A stretch of 32,000 nt of DNA. Origin: Candidatus Sericytochromatia bacterium. GTDB lineage: Bacteria; Cyanobacteriota; Sericytochromatia; S15B-MN24; UBA4093. Of this stretch, positions 1-8,523 are shown piece by piece. The translations under genes were made by a program, and so were the position numbers. Location of the stretch: assembly GCA_036676455.1 (NCBI GenBank), contig JAKFCW010000047.1, positions 69,203 to 101,202 of the forward strand. The letters are read 5' to 3'. Positions within the stretch are counted from its first letter, which is position 1; each line of letters starts with the position of its first letter. Below the pieces are notes generated by a model. It was not told the origin of the DNA. It saw only the letters and a list, made by a program, of their open reading frames with translations, and searched no databases.

Positions 1-107
1 GTGAGCAAGAGTATCAAGAGCCCCGCATAGAGCACGCCCCAGATCATGAGGGACGAGATCGAGCGCTGAAGGCTCTGGGTGATCAGCTGGGTTTCGGTGG
101 ACGACAT
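1..107 (-). CDS. Hypothetical membrane protein, N-terminal part only (runs off window)
   Basis: Reverse-strand reading from ATG at 107 gives MSSTETQLITQSLQRSISSLMIWGVLYAGLLILLL, open to the window edge, hydrophobic segment, purine-rich AAGGGAG upstream. Confidence 0.4.
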   Translation of the reverse strand, partial: MSSTETQLITQSLQRSISSLMIWGVLYAGLLILLL

Positions 108-373
108 CACGACTCCCTTGGAAATGACAGGCGAGCACTACCATTCTAGCAGACGGTCACAGGGATGCGGGCGGATAGTGGTGTTGATCGCGGGCATGGA
201 GGCCCGCGCCACAAACAGCTGCTTTAAGCACTCCAGTGGGGCGGGCCTCCGTGCCCGCCATGACCCTCATCACCTAATCACCAAAGATTGGGCTTGCATG
301 GAGGGCGGGAGGTGCTTGCGCCCGAGCCGATCAACGCGTAGCATGAGGCGCGATTGCGCTCAAGGAGGAACTC

Positions 374-979
374 ATGGCCCGTAAACCCCGTCACGCCCCC
401 CATTCCGATCCTGACTTCCTGCCGAAGCGGAAACGCTCGGCCATCGTGGGCGTGGGCGTCGGCATTCTCGCCGCGGGCCTCGTGCTCTCCTCGCTAGGCC
501 CCCTCGCGATGCTCTTCGAAGCTCCGCCGTCCCAGGAGTCGCCGCAAGATCATGCGGCTCACGCGGACGATGCCGCCGACCGCATCAAATCACTGGAAAC
601 CGCGGCCCAGGCCAATCCCCAGAACGCGGCGGGGCTCATTGCACTGGGCAACGCCTACTTCGACGCCGGCGAGTACCCGAAGGCCGGCGAGACGTATGCC
701 AAGGCCCTCGCGCTGGCGCCTTCGAACCCGGACGTGCGGGTGGACTTGGGCACCGCACTCTTTTACCAGGGCAAGGCGGACGAGGCGATCGCCGAGTACC
801 ACCGCGCGCTGCATGACGCCCCCCAGCATCTCAACGCCCACATGAACCTGGGCGTCGTCTACCGTGCCGCCGGGAACACGGCCGACGCGAAGGCCCACTG
901 GAACCAGGCGATGAGCCTGACGCAGGACCCCGAGGTCCAGAAGCGCCTCAAGGTGCTGCTCCAGTCGGTCGGCGGCTGA
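374..979 (+). CDS. TPR-repeat protein with N-terminal membrane anchor
   Basis: AAGGAGG upstream of ATG; TM segment AIVGVGVGILAAGLVLSSLG; TPR signatures NAAGLIALGNAYFDAGEYPKAGETYAKALALAPSNPDVRVDLGTALFYQGKADEAIAEYHRAL. Confidence 0.85.
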   Translation: MARKPRHAPHSDPDFLPKRKRSAIVGVGVGILAAGLVLSSLGPLAMLFEAPPSQESPQDHAAHADDAADRIKSLETAAQANPQNAAGLIALGNAYFDAGEYPKAGETYAKALALAPSNPDVRVDLGTALFYQGKADEAIAEYHRALHDAPQHLNAHMNLGVVYRAAGNTADAKAHWNQAMSLTQDPEVQKRLKVLLQSVGG

Positions 980-995
980 CGTTCTTCAAAACTCA

Positions 996-1039
996 AACGG
1001 TCCCTGCGAGCCGCCGAGGCGGGACTCGCAGGGACCGTT
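996..1039. terminator. Intrinsic terminator-like hairpin between convergent genes
   Basis: Perfect 15-bp arms AACGGTCCCTGCGAG (996-1010) and CTCGCAGGGACCGTT (1025-1039), just after the stop at 979. Confidence 0.65.
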
Positions 1040-1055
1040 CAGCTTGAAGGCGGGC

Positions 1056-1256
1056 TCAGGTCCGTTCCTGGGGAAGGACCACCCAGAGCACGAGGTAGAG
1101 CACCCACATCGGGCCGGGCAGCAGGCTCAGCAGCAGCCAGAGCACCCGCGCCAGCACCGGCGAGATGCCCATCCTGGCGGCGAGGCCGCCGCAGACTCCG
1201 GCGAGGACCTTGTGGTTACTCGATCGGACGAGACGACGCGTCGACGGTTGGCTCAT
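1056..1256 (-). CDS. Small PspC-domain membrane protein
   Basis: RRLVRSSNHKVLAGVCGGLAARMGISPVLARVLWLLLSLL...LYLVLWVVLP matches the PspC domain pattern. Confidence 0.8.
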   Translation of the reverse strand: MSQPSTRRLVRSSNHKVLAGVCGGLAARMGISPVLARVLWLLLSLLPGPMWVLYLVLWVVLPQERT

Positions 1257-1704
1257 TCGTTTCTCCCGGGGGAAGGATCAGGGGGGCGGCGGGGTCGAGC
1301 GGCATGACCACCCAGGCGACCAGATACGCCAGGACAGCGGCGCCCCAGGTGAAGATGACCGCGGCCACCGCGGCCAGGCGGATCAGCGCCGGATCCACCT
1401 TGAAGGTCTCGGCGAGGCCGCCGCAGACTCCAGCGACCATGCGATCCGTCGTGGAGCGGTGAAGCCGGCTGACCGGTTTCGCGGCGACTCCGGCTTGGGC
1501 CGGGTTTTCGGGCACCAGGACCCACGCGGCCAGGTAGACCAGCACGAAGAGCCCACTGGTCAGGACGGCCAGCGTGACGAAGAGGATGCGAATCCAGACG
1601 GCATCCACCTTCAGGTACTCGGCCAGACCGGCGGCGACCCCGGCGATCATGCGATCGTTGATGGAGCGATAGAGACGACGAACGGGAAGGGGGGACGGGT
1701 TCAT
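1216..1704 (-). CDS. Protein with two tandem PspC domains
   Basis: Two copies of the PspC pattern: RRLYRSINDRMIAGVAAGLAEYLKVDAVWIRILFV...VYLAAWVLVP and SRLHRSTTDRMVAGVCGGLAETFKVDPALIRLAAV...AYLVAWVVMP. Confidence 0.82.
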   Translation of the reverse strand: MNPSPLPVRRLYRSINDRMIAGVAAGLAEYLKVDAVWIRILFVTLAVLTSGLFVLVYLAAWVLVPENPAQAGVAAKPVSRLHRSTTDRMVAGVCGGLAETFKVDPALIRLAAVAAVIFTWGAAVLAYLVAWVVMPLDPAAPLILPPGETNEPTVDASSRPIE

Positions 1705-1789
1705 GGCAACCTCCTGGGACGGCCTGCCGGAGCGGGCGAGACTCCCCTCGTGACGCCCCGATTCTAGCCCCGATCGCTTACAAAGACAA

Positions 1790-1823
1790 GGCGGCCGCGA
1801 CCCGTTCGCAGGTCGCGGCCGCC
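1790..1823 (-). terminator. Terminator-like hairpin downstream of Tad locus 1
   Basis: Perfect 13-bp arms GGCGGCCGCGACC (1790-1802) and GGTCGCGGCCGCC (1811-1823); on the minus strand it is followed by T-rich TTGTCTTTGT. Confidence 0.65.
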
Positions 1824-1836
1824 GCAGACGGCACGC

Positions 1837-2628
1837 CTAGAGGATGCCGATGGCGATCGCCATGCCGATGCCCGTTGCCAGGATCGCGAGGAATCGCCAG
1901 CCATCCCGGGAGCGCTTCTGGGCGAGAGCGCCACCTTGAAGCTCCAGGGCACAGGCGTGAAGGCTGCGCGCCAGCCCTTCGCGGTCGTCAGGCGCGGCCA
2001 TCACCGCCCCGATCACGCGGTGCATCTCCTGCGAGTCGCAGCGGCGCGCCAGCGAGACCAGGGCCTCGTTTCGGCCGCTCCCCAGGCGCGTGTCCTGGAG
2101 GTAGCGAAACCACTCGTCCTTGAGCTCTTTGCCCGAACGAATCCGGGCGCGGATGGCCATGCCGACCGCCGATTCGAACGGCATGCCGACCCAGAGGTAG
2201 CACGAGACCGTATCCACCCAGTCGGGCAATGCGCGGGAGATCCGGTCGCGACGACGCCTCGCCGCCCCTTCCAGGATGCTGCCGCCTAGCAGCCATGCCA
2301 GCGACGCGAGCGCCGTGCCGCCGACCATGCCCCAGAGCGCGCCCGAGCGATCGGCGATCCAGCCCGCGTAGGTCACCCCGAATACCCCCGCGCCGAGCAC
2401 GATGACCACCGACACCGGGCTGGGCCCCTTGGCGGCACCCAGTGCCCTCACGGCGTCGAGCAGCCAGAGCGAGGCGCCGGACCAGCCTCCCGACATCTGC
2501 AAGCTCTCCACCTCGCTGAGCATGGATAGCCGCCGGGCCACCGCCCGCCTCTTTCTCAGCGCCCCGACGCGCAGCATCATCAAGAGGACGAGGGTGCCGA
2601 GGACTCCCAATCCCAAAAGGACCGCCAT
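1837..2628 (-). CDS. tadC: Type II secretion F-domain protein, TadC-like (Tad locus 1)
   Basis: Multiple TM segments with T2SSF-like core SRALPDWVDTVSCYLWVGMPFESAVGMAIR...GLARSLHACALELQ; C-terminal TM segment; directly follows the TadB-like gene. Confidence 0.7.
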   Translation of the reverse strand: MAVLLGLGVLGTLVLLMMLRVGALRKRRAVARRLSMLSEVESLQMSGGWSGASLWLLDAVRALGAAKGPSPVSVVIVLGAGVFGVTYAGWIADRSGALWGMVGGTALASLAWLLGGSILEGAARRRRDRISRALPDWVDTVSCYLWVGMPFESAVGMAIRARIRSGKELKDEWFRYLQDTRLGSGRNEALVSLARRCDSQEMHRVIGAVMAAPDDREGLARSLHACALELQGGALAQKRSRDGWRFLAILATGIGMAIAIGIL

Positions 2629-2629
2629 C

Positions 2630-3325
2630 CTAGCCTCCTCCCCATGCGCCGTCCAGGACGCCTATCAAGCGACGCCGTCCATCCAGCAGCTCGGCGATCT
2701 GATCCAGGGCCGAAGCCAGGCGCTGGCCCTTTTGTGGATGGTACGCGATGGCCTTCGCCAGCATCTCCGTCTCGAGGATCGGAATCCGCGTCGCGAAGCG
2801 CTCCAGGGCTTGCTCCTCGGGAACGCCCCGCGCGACGTCCTGGCGCACGCGGCCGAACTGAGCCGCCACCGGCTGCATGCCGGATCGCTCGACGGCTTCG
2901 AGGGCCGTGAAGAACGAGTTGGTCGCTCTCAGCCGCTCGGCGAGAATCCGGACGGCCGCCGGAAGCTGCCTGCGGACCATGCGCATGCTCCAGCCTTTCC
3001 AGAGCAGGTCCCCGGTCCCGAGCACGAGCACGAAGCCTGAGACGGCGACGACCGCCGGCAGGAAGCCCCATGCGACCCAGGTCGGAACCAGCAGCAGGGC
3101 TCCCATCGTGGCGAGCCGGACGGCCTGCGGAACCCGTAGCTGGCGCTTGCGCGTGCGGGGCTTTCGCGCCCGCTTCTTGGGTTCCTCGACGGGAACCAGC
3201 GCTCCGCCGACGGTTTCCAGGCTATCGAGCCGGGACTTGACTCCCGACTTGCCGCGCGCGGGCCAGACGGCCAGGATGCCCAAGGCCACGCCCGTCACGG
3301 CGAGAAATAACAGCAAATAGGTCAT
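2630..3325 (-). CDS. tadB: Type II secretion F-domain-like protein, TadB-like (Tad locus 1)
   Basis: N-terminal TM segments, then RQLPAAVRILAERLRATNSFFTALEAVERSGMQPVAAQFGRVRQDVARGVPEEQALERFATRI; synteny with TadC and TadZ-like genes. Confidence 0.7.
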   Translation of the reverse strand: MTYLLLFLAVTGVALGILAVWPARGKSGVKSRLDSLETVGGALVPVEEPKKRARKPRTRKRQLRVPQAVRLATMGALLLVPTWVAWGFLPAVVAVSGFVLVLGTGDLLWKGWSMRMVRRQLPAAVRILAERLRATNSFFTALEAVERSGMQPVAAQFGRVRQDVARGVPEEQALERFATRIPILETEMLAKAIAYHPQKGQRLASALDQIAELLDGRRRLIGVLDGAWGGG

Positions 3326-3337
3326 GGCTAATCCCCG

Positions 3338-4480
3338 CTAGGCCCCGAAGCCGTTGGGGGCGGGGCCCCGGCGCAGCCAGTTGAGGAAGCCCTGCAAGGG
3401 CTGGGGCTGCAGGGTCATCAGAGCCATGGTCTGGCGGGACTCCCCCATGGCAGCCACCATGCGGGAAAGCTCGCGCGCCAGCGGTCCCCGGGGATCGGAC
3501 TGCAAGATCGGGATGCCCTGGTTGACGGCCGCGCGGACGCGCCCCGGATCGTGAGGCAGGGTGTAGTCGATCGGGCGCTTCAGGGTACGGGCGGCATCCT
3601 CGCGTGAGACCTCGGAGCGCTCGGCCCAGGCCACGAACTCGAAGCGCGAGGTGTCGATCCCTTGCTCTCTCAAGGAGGCCAGGTCCCGCTGGATGGCCCG
3701 CAGGTGGCTGAGATCCAGGTTGAGGGGAACGAAGACGCGATCGGCCTCGCGCAGCAGCGTCCGGTTGAGCTCGGTTTGCGACGGATGGGTGTCCGCGACG
3801 ATCCAGGCATCGCGCTGCTGCAGCCAGCCCAGGAGCTGCGCGAGGCGCTCGGGGGTCGTTGGAGCCTCGGAGGGCGTTGGCGCCATGAGCCGCACCCCGG
3901 TCGGGTGGGTGGCCAGGCAGGCGTCCAGGCGGTGTGGCGTGGTGACGCTCGAGAAGCCTTGCGGCTGGAGGTTGAGGAAGAGGTCCTGCTCGCCATGGGC
4001 CATGGCGGCGTCGAGGACGATCGTCTCGCGGGAGGTGCTGCGGGAGAGGGCGATCGCCAGGTTGGTCGCCAGCTGCGAGCGGCCGGAGCCTCCCTTGGGG
4101 CCGTAGACGACGATGAGCTTGCCCGAGCGGGGGCGCTCCGGCGGCTTCCGGGTCATCTCGGCGAGGATCCGCTCGAGCGACGTGTCGAGGTCAGCGAGGC
4201 TCGTCACCCCGTCTTTGCCCTCGGGGCCGTCCACCAGGAGCACGCGGGCCTCGGGGCATGCGGCCCGCAGGCCCTCCATCAAGGCGTCGGAACGCGCGCT
4301 CCAGGCCACGATCAGGAGATCGGGACGGCTCAGCGAGGCAAAGCCGATGGCCTCCTCGCCGAGGGCCTCACCGATCAGCGAAAAGCCGGAATGAGACCTG
4401 AGGCGAGGGCCCACGCTGCTCCAATCAGCCTGGTCGACGGGCGCCTGAGGGGAAGAGACCAGCAAGGTACGTAACATCAT
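3338..4480 (-). CDS. TadZ/CpaE-like ParA/MinD-family ATPase (Tad locus 1)
   Basis: Receiver-like N terminus then VVYGPKGGSGRSQLATNLAIALSRS (deviant Walker A), DAAMAHGEQDLFLNLQP, IVADTHPSQTELNRTLLREADRVFVPLNLDLSHLRAIQRDL. Start taken at MMLRTLL (4480), overlapping the preceding stop. Confidence 0.8.
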   Translation of the reverse strand: MMLRTLLVSSPQAPVDQADWSSVGPRLRSHSGFSLIGEALGEEAIGFASLSRPDLLIVAWSARSDALMEGLRAACPEARVLLVDGPEGKDGVTSLADLDTSLERILAEMTRKPPERPRSGKLIVVYGPKGGSGRSQLATNLAIALSRSTSRETIVLDAAMAHGEQDLFLNLQPQGFSSVTTPHRLDACLATHPTGVRLMAPTPSEAPTTPERLAQLLGWLQQRDAWIVADTHPSQTELNRTLLREADRVFVPLNLDLSHLRAIQRDLASLREQGIDTSRFEFVAWAERSEVSREDAARTLKRPIDYTLPHDPGRVRAAVNQGIPILQSDPRGPLARELSRMVAAMGESRQTMALMTLQPQPLQGFLNWLRRGPAPNGFGA

Positions 4481-4818
4481 GATGCCGACGCTCCTTTTGA
4501 CGATTTGGCAGGGGCGGCGTCGATGATCTCGACCTTCAGGTCGGGCCCGTCCCATGAGAAGACGATCTGGCCGGGGCGGTCATGCGTGACCACCACGCGG
4601 CGCACGCTGCGGGGCGCCCCCGCAGGCAACACCTCCTGGCCCGGCAGGGGGGCCGCGACGGCCGGCAGGATCAGGGTCGCGGGATCCATTGCGGAGGAGG
4701 GTGCCGGGGGCTGCTGCTGGGTGGCGTAGAGGGCGCCGGTGGCGAGCAGGCCGCAGCACGCGGCGATCACGATCCGTTGCGGCGTGAGGTTACTGGTGAG
4801 GTTTCGCATGGCACTCAT
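4477..4818 (-). CDS. Small membrane-anchored hypothetical protein leading Tad locus 1
   Basis: GGGAGG upstream of ATG; N-terminal hydrophobic segment IVIAACCGLLATGALYA, Pro-rich linker, short C-terminal domain; 4-bp overlap with the next gene. Confidence 0.65.
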   Translation of the reverse strand: MSAMRNLTSNLTPQRIVIAACCGLLATGALYATQQQPPAPSSAMDPATLILPAVAAPLPGQEVLPAGAPRSVRRVVVTHDRPGQIVFSWDGPDLKVEIIDAAPAKSSKGASAS

Positions 4819-4993
4819 GGGGGGACCTCCCTTCGTTGCACGTATCTCCTTTATCCCGCCAGGGGCTTAAGGCGAGCTGTCGCGCATGTTTCGCGCAGAT
4901 GAATCCGTTGCTTGAGAGCGCGCTTCATACCCGAGTAACACCCGGGCCATTCGACCTCAACACCCCCTGGCTAAGCTGGAGGCGCCCTTTTGT

Positions 4994-5001
4994 AAAGGAG
5001 G
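4994..5001 (+). promoter_or_regulatory. Strong Shine-Dalgarno sequence
   Basis: AAAGGAGG 4 nt before ATG at 5006. Confidence 0.7.
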
Positions 5002-5005
5002 ACCC

Positions 5006-6115
5006 ATGACCATCCGCAGTCGAGTCGCCCTGGCGTTCGCGCTCCTCACCCCCCTGAGCGGCTGCTTCATGTGGCCCAGCACGAACGTGCAGCCGCCGGA
5101 CTGGGTCGAGCCCCCGGTCCAGGGCAGCACCTACACTCCGGGGCAACCCTCCCAGAACCCCGAGATCGAGATGTCCCGGCCCGGCTTGCAGGGCGGCACC
5201 TTCGCGGGCAGCGGAACCTCCGGCGCGGCCGACGGCGGCGCCACCGAGGCCCAGTTCCGCGAGCCCGAGGGACTCGTCATCGGCCCGGATGGCAGCCTCT
5301 ACGTCGCGGAGCCCTATGCCTACCGGATTCGCAAGGTCACGCCGGACGGCCGCGTCACCACGCTGGCCGGTGGCACGCTCGGCCGCGGTGACGGCAAGGG
5401 CGCCGGAGCCCAGTTCTTCGGGCCCAAGGACCTCGCTGTCGCGGCGAATGGCAACCTCTACGTCGTCGACTTCGATACGATCCGTCAGGTCACCCCGGAC
5501 GGCACCGTCACGACACTTAGCTTCCAGACCGCCGACGGCCCCTGGGATCCCGTCGAGCTGCTGGGAATCGCCCGCGCCACGGATGGCACCATGTACGTCT
5601 CCACGACCACCGGCATCGACCGGATCCAGGGCACCATGGCGAGCCGCTGGGTGGGCGCGGACGCCAAGGGGTTCCGCGACGGCAGCGGCACGGCGGCCTA
5701 CTTCAACCTTCCGCGCAAGCTGAGCCTCGACAGCCAGAACAACCTCTACGTCGCCGATTTCGGCAACCTGCGCATCCGCAAGGTCACCCCCTCGCGGCAG
5801 GTCACCACCGTCGCCGGCAACGGCATCCTGGGCTTCACCGACGGTGTGAGCAGCAAGTCGCGGTTGAACTTCCCGACGGGCCTCACGGTGGATAGCCAGG
5901 GCAACGTGCTCGTGGCCGACACCTACAATCACGCGATCCGGATGCTCTCGCCCGATGGCCATGTCACGACGCTGGCCGGCAACAACTACCCCGGCTTCGT
6001 GGAGGGTCCCGCGTCCTCGGTGCAGTTCAACCACCCGACCGACGTGGCCGTGGGAGGCGACGGTCGGATCTACGTGGCCGATCTCCAGAACCACCGGATC
6101 CGGGTTCTCCGCTAG
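5006..6115 (+). CDS. NHL-repeat lipoprotein
   Basis: Signal peptide and lipobox LTPLSGC; repeated units such as IRKVTPDGRVTTLAGG...GSLYVAEPYAYRIRKV, NLYVADFGNLRIRKV, VLVADTYNHAIRML, IYVADLQNHRIRVL. Confidence 0.9.
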   Translation: MTIRSRVALAFALLTPLSGCFMWPSTNVQPPDWVEPPVQGSTYTPGQPSQNPEIEMSRPGLQGGTFAGSGTSGAADGGATEAQFREPEGLVIGPDGSLYVAEPYAYRIRKVTPDGRVTTLAGGTLGRGDGKGAGAQFFGPKDLAVAANGNLYVVDFDTIRQVTPDGTVTTLSFQTADGPWDPVELLGIARATDGTMYVSTTTGIDRIQGTMASRWVGADAKGFRDGSGTAAYFNLPRKLSLDSQNNLYVADFGNLRIRKVTPSRQVTTVAGNGILGFTDGVSSKSRLNFPTGLTVDSQGNVLVADTYNHAIRMLSPDGHVTTLAGNNYPGFVEGPASSVQFNHPTDVAVGGDGRIYVADLQNHRIRVLR

Positions 6116-6128
6116 CAAAGGAGTCGTC

Positions 6129-7304
6129 ATGCCGATCCGCAGCCTTTTCCTGGCCCTGTCGCTGACCCTGGTCGCCTGCAGCTCTCCGCCCTCGACGCCG
6201 GCTCCCACCCCGTCGGCCCCGGTGGCGACTCCGCCGGTCGTGAAGCCCGTCACGACGCCTCCGCCCGGCACGACTCCCGTCACCGCGAGCGATCCGTACG
6301 TCTGGACGGTCGCGGGCAACGGAACGGCCGGCTTCCTCGATGCCGAGGAAGGCCACCTGGGCATGCTCCATGCGCCGACCGGCATGGTCGTCATTCGGGG
6401 CGACACCTACATCGCGGACTCCGCCAACCACAAGATTCGCCGCCTGACCTACGACGGTGTGCTCGAGACCGCGGTGGGCACGGGAGAGCGCGGCAACAAC
6501 GGGGATGGCACGAACGGTCCCATGCTCAAGCTCGATACGCCGTTCAAGGTGACGGCCGACGAGGCCACCGGCAACGTCTTCTTCAGCGAGCTGGGCGGCA
6601 ACCTGATCCGCTGCATCGACATCTCCCGGCGGATCATCACGATCGCCGGCGGCGGCGATTACCTGCCCGATGCCGGCACGTCCATGCGTGGCGTCTACGT
6701 GCAGCTCTCGGAACCGGCGGGACTTTCCTTCGATTCGGCCGGCGAACTCTACGTCGCCGAGCGAGGCGGCCACCGGATCCTGCGGATTTCCACCGACTGG
6801 ATGGTGACGGTGGTGGCCGGCAACGGCGTCCCGGGCTTCGCGGGCGACGACGGCCAGGCGCTGGACGCCGAGTTCCGGCAGCCCACGGACGTCTTCGTGG
6901 ACGATCAGGACAACCTCTACGTGGCCGACACTGGCAACCATCGGATCCGCCGCATCGGCTCGGACGGCACGGTCACGACCGTGGCGGGCACGGGCGTCGC
7001 GGGGGGCGAGGGGGATGGGGGGCTCGCCACGGAGGCCCAGCTGAACCACCCGACCGGAGTCACGATCGACGCCTTCGGCAACCTCTACATCGCGGACTCG
7101 GGCAACCACCGGATCCGGCAGGTGCAGCCCGACGGGACCATCGTCACGATCGCGGGCTCCATCTTCGGCGGGTACGGCGGAGACGGGGAATTGCCGTCCC
7201 AGGCGCAGTTCAACATCCCCTACGGCGTGGCCGTGGCTCCGGGCGGGGTGCTGCTGGTGGCCGATCGCGACAACCACCGCCTGCGGCAGTTCATGCTACC
7301 CTAG
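6129..7304 (+). CDS. NHL-repeat lipoprotein, paralogue of the preceding gene
   Basis: Start MPIRSLFLALSLTLVACSS with lipobox LVAC; NHL units TYIADSANHKIRRL, LYVADTGNHRIRRIGSDGTVTTVAGTG, LYIADSGNHRIRQVQPDGTIVTIAGS. Confidence 0.9.
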   Translation: MPIRSLFLALSLTLVACSSPPSTPAPTPSAPVATPPVVKPVTTPPPGTTPVTASDPYVWTVAGNGTAGFLDAEEGHLGMLHAPTGMVVIRGDTYIADSANHKIRRLTYDGVLETAVGTGERGNNGDGTNGPMLKLDTPFKVTADEATGNVFFSELGGNLIRCIDISRRIITIAGGGDYLPDAGTSMRGVYVQLSEPAGLSFDSAGELYVAERGGHRILRISTDWMVTVVAGNGVPGFAGDDGQALDAEFRQPTDVFVDDQDNLYVADTGNHRIRRIGSDGTVTTVAGTGVAGGEGDGGLATEAQLNHPTGVTIDAFGNLYIADSGNHRIRQVQPDGTIVTIAGSIFGGYGGDGELPSQAQFNIPYGVAVAPGGVLLVADRDNHRLRQFMLP

Positions 7305-7311
7305 CCAAGCC

Positions 7312-7358
7312 CCTCAAGCGAAAGCCCCGCTCGTGATGAGCGGGGCTTTCGCTTGAGG
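7312..7358. terminator. Strong terminator hairpin shared by convergent genes
   Basis: Perfect 21-bp arms CCTCAAGCGAAAGCCCCGCTC (7312-7332) and GAGCGGGGCTTTCGCTTGAGG (7338-7358), 5-nt loop GTGAT. Confidence 0.85.
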
Positions 7359-7390
7359 ACGAGCGCTGAGGCTCGCTTGGAAGCACCAGG

Positions 7391-8422
7391 TTAGTTGATG
7401 GTGATCTTGTACTCGGTAAGCGGGTCCAGCTCCGTCACGCCGAGATCCGGAAAGACCTGACCATCGTACGAGTTGAAGTCCACGTTCGCCGTGGTGGGAC
7501 CCGCCAGATCAACCGTGACGTTGCGCACCTGGCCATTGACCAGGGTGATCGCTTGCTCGATACGGTTCGCCGCGGTACCGGCGGCGTCCTTCGTGACGAT
7601 ATGCAGCTTCCAGGTGCCCGCGTGCACGGGGCCGATCGTTTGAACCTGGCCACCAGCCAGGTTGAGCATGAGGGGGGAGGCAGGATCATCCACCCAGGCA
7701 TCGAACTTGTATCCGGTCGGCAACCCATTGAGCCTCAAGCTCACCCGTCCCCAAGGCTTCACGTAGTTGACGGATTCCGCCGGAATGGCGCCGCCATTCG
7801 CCCGCATGTACTGGCCGATCTTGACTCCGTCCACCAAGCTCGGATGCATGGCCAGCGGTCCCGTGACGGTGACGCCCCACAAGATCATGTCGTTCACCAG
7901 CTTCTGCACCTGGCTGACATTCGTACTGATGGCCATCGCCGCGTTCCCGTTCTCGAGCATGTTCGTGTACACCTCGGACGTGGCAGTGGTGGTCCACGAC
8001 AAGTCGACCTCGTTGGCACCGGGCTCGATGGTCTTCACCGCGCCCACCACCGCTCCGGAGACCTCCGAGTCATCGGTCCTCAGGGCAAAGGCCTTGAAAA
8101 CGCGGTTAGGGCCCATCGGGACGTTGAACTGGACAGAGCCCGTTCCGGCGGCGATGGAAATCGTCTCGGAGAGGGGCGTCACCATCCCGGGGCCCGTGAC
8201 CTCAACGCGGGCCTTGGTGATTTCATAGGTCGGAACCGTCTGGACGCCGAAGCTGGAACTCGTGATCTTCGGAGTGAAGGCGCCCAAGGAGATCGTGACC
8301 GGCGCCGTCTTGGTAGCCACCTGAGGCACCGAGCCCTGGTCGAGAGCCGTTGGAGCGAAAGGCTGGCATGCCGAGACCGACATGGCCGCTGCTGCCGCCA
8401 GGCTGAGTATGATGCGCTTCAT
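7391..8422 (-). CDS. Hypothetical lipoprotein with beta-rich domains
   Basis: MKRIILSLAAAAAMSVSACQPFAP (signal peptide II, lipobox SVSAC); two beta-rich regions ending in GQVRNVTVDLAG...LTEYKITIN. Confidence 0.75.
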   Translation of the reverse strand: MKRIILSLAAAAAMSVSACQPFAPTALDQGSVPQVATKTAPVTISLGAFTPKITSSSFGVQTVPTYEITKARVEVTGPGMVTPLSETISIAAGTGSVQFNVPMGPNRVFKAFALRTDDSEVSGAVVGAVKTIEPGANEVDLSWTTTATSEVYTNMLENGNAAMAISTNVSQVQKLVNDMILWGVTVTGPLAMHPSLVDGVKIGQYMRANGGAIPAESVNYVKPWGRVSLRLNGLPTGYKFDAWVDDPASPLMLNLAGGQVQTIGPVHAGTWKLHIVTKDAAGTAANRIEQAITLVNGQVRNVTVDLAGPTTANVDFNSYDGQVFPDLGVTELDPLTEYKITIN

Positions 8423-8523
8423 TGAGTACCCCCTTCCCCGGCTCGACCTGCGGTTCGACTTTGGCCGGGATTTTGCGATGTCGATGCTACGTAGTTATCT
8501 AGTTAACCTTACCATTGCTTGCT

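Noticed and set aside
1764-1952. 62-aa plus ORF
   Set aside because: Contains the terminator hairpin and overlaps the tadC-like gene end; no domain.
4819-5005. Possible promoters or sigma54-like box in the divergent region
   Set aside because: No -35/-10 pair with acceptable spacing and no TGGCAC-N5-TTGC match could be supported.
4925-7277. Minus-strand 493-aa (4925-6406) and 416-aa (6027-7277) ORFs
   Set aside because: Antisense to the NHL-repeat genes, whose repeats, lipoboxes and strong ribosome site clearly define the coding strand.
8489-8512. Short direct repeat TAGTTATCTAGTTAAC in the intergenic region
   Set aside because: Too short and not clearly symmetric; no basis for calling a regulatory site.
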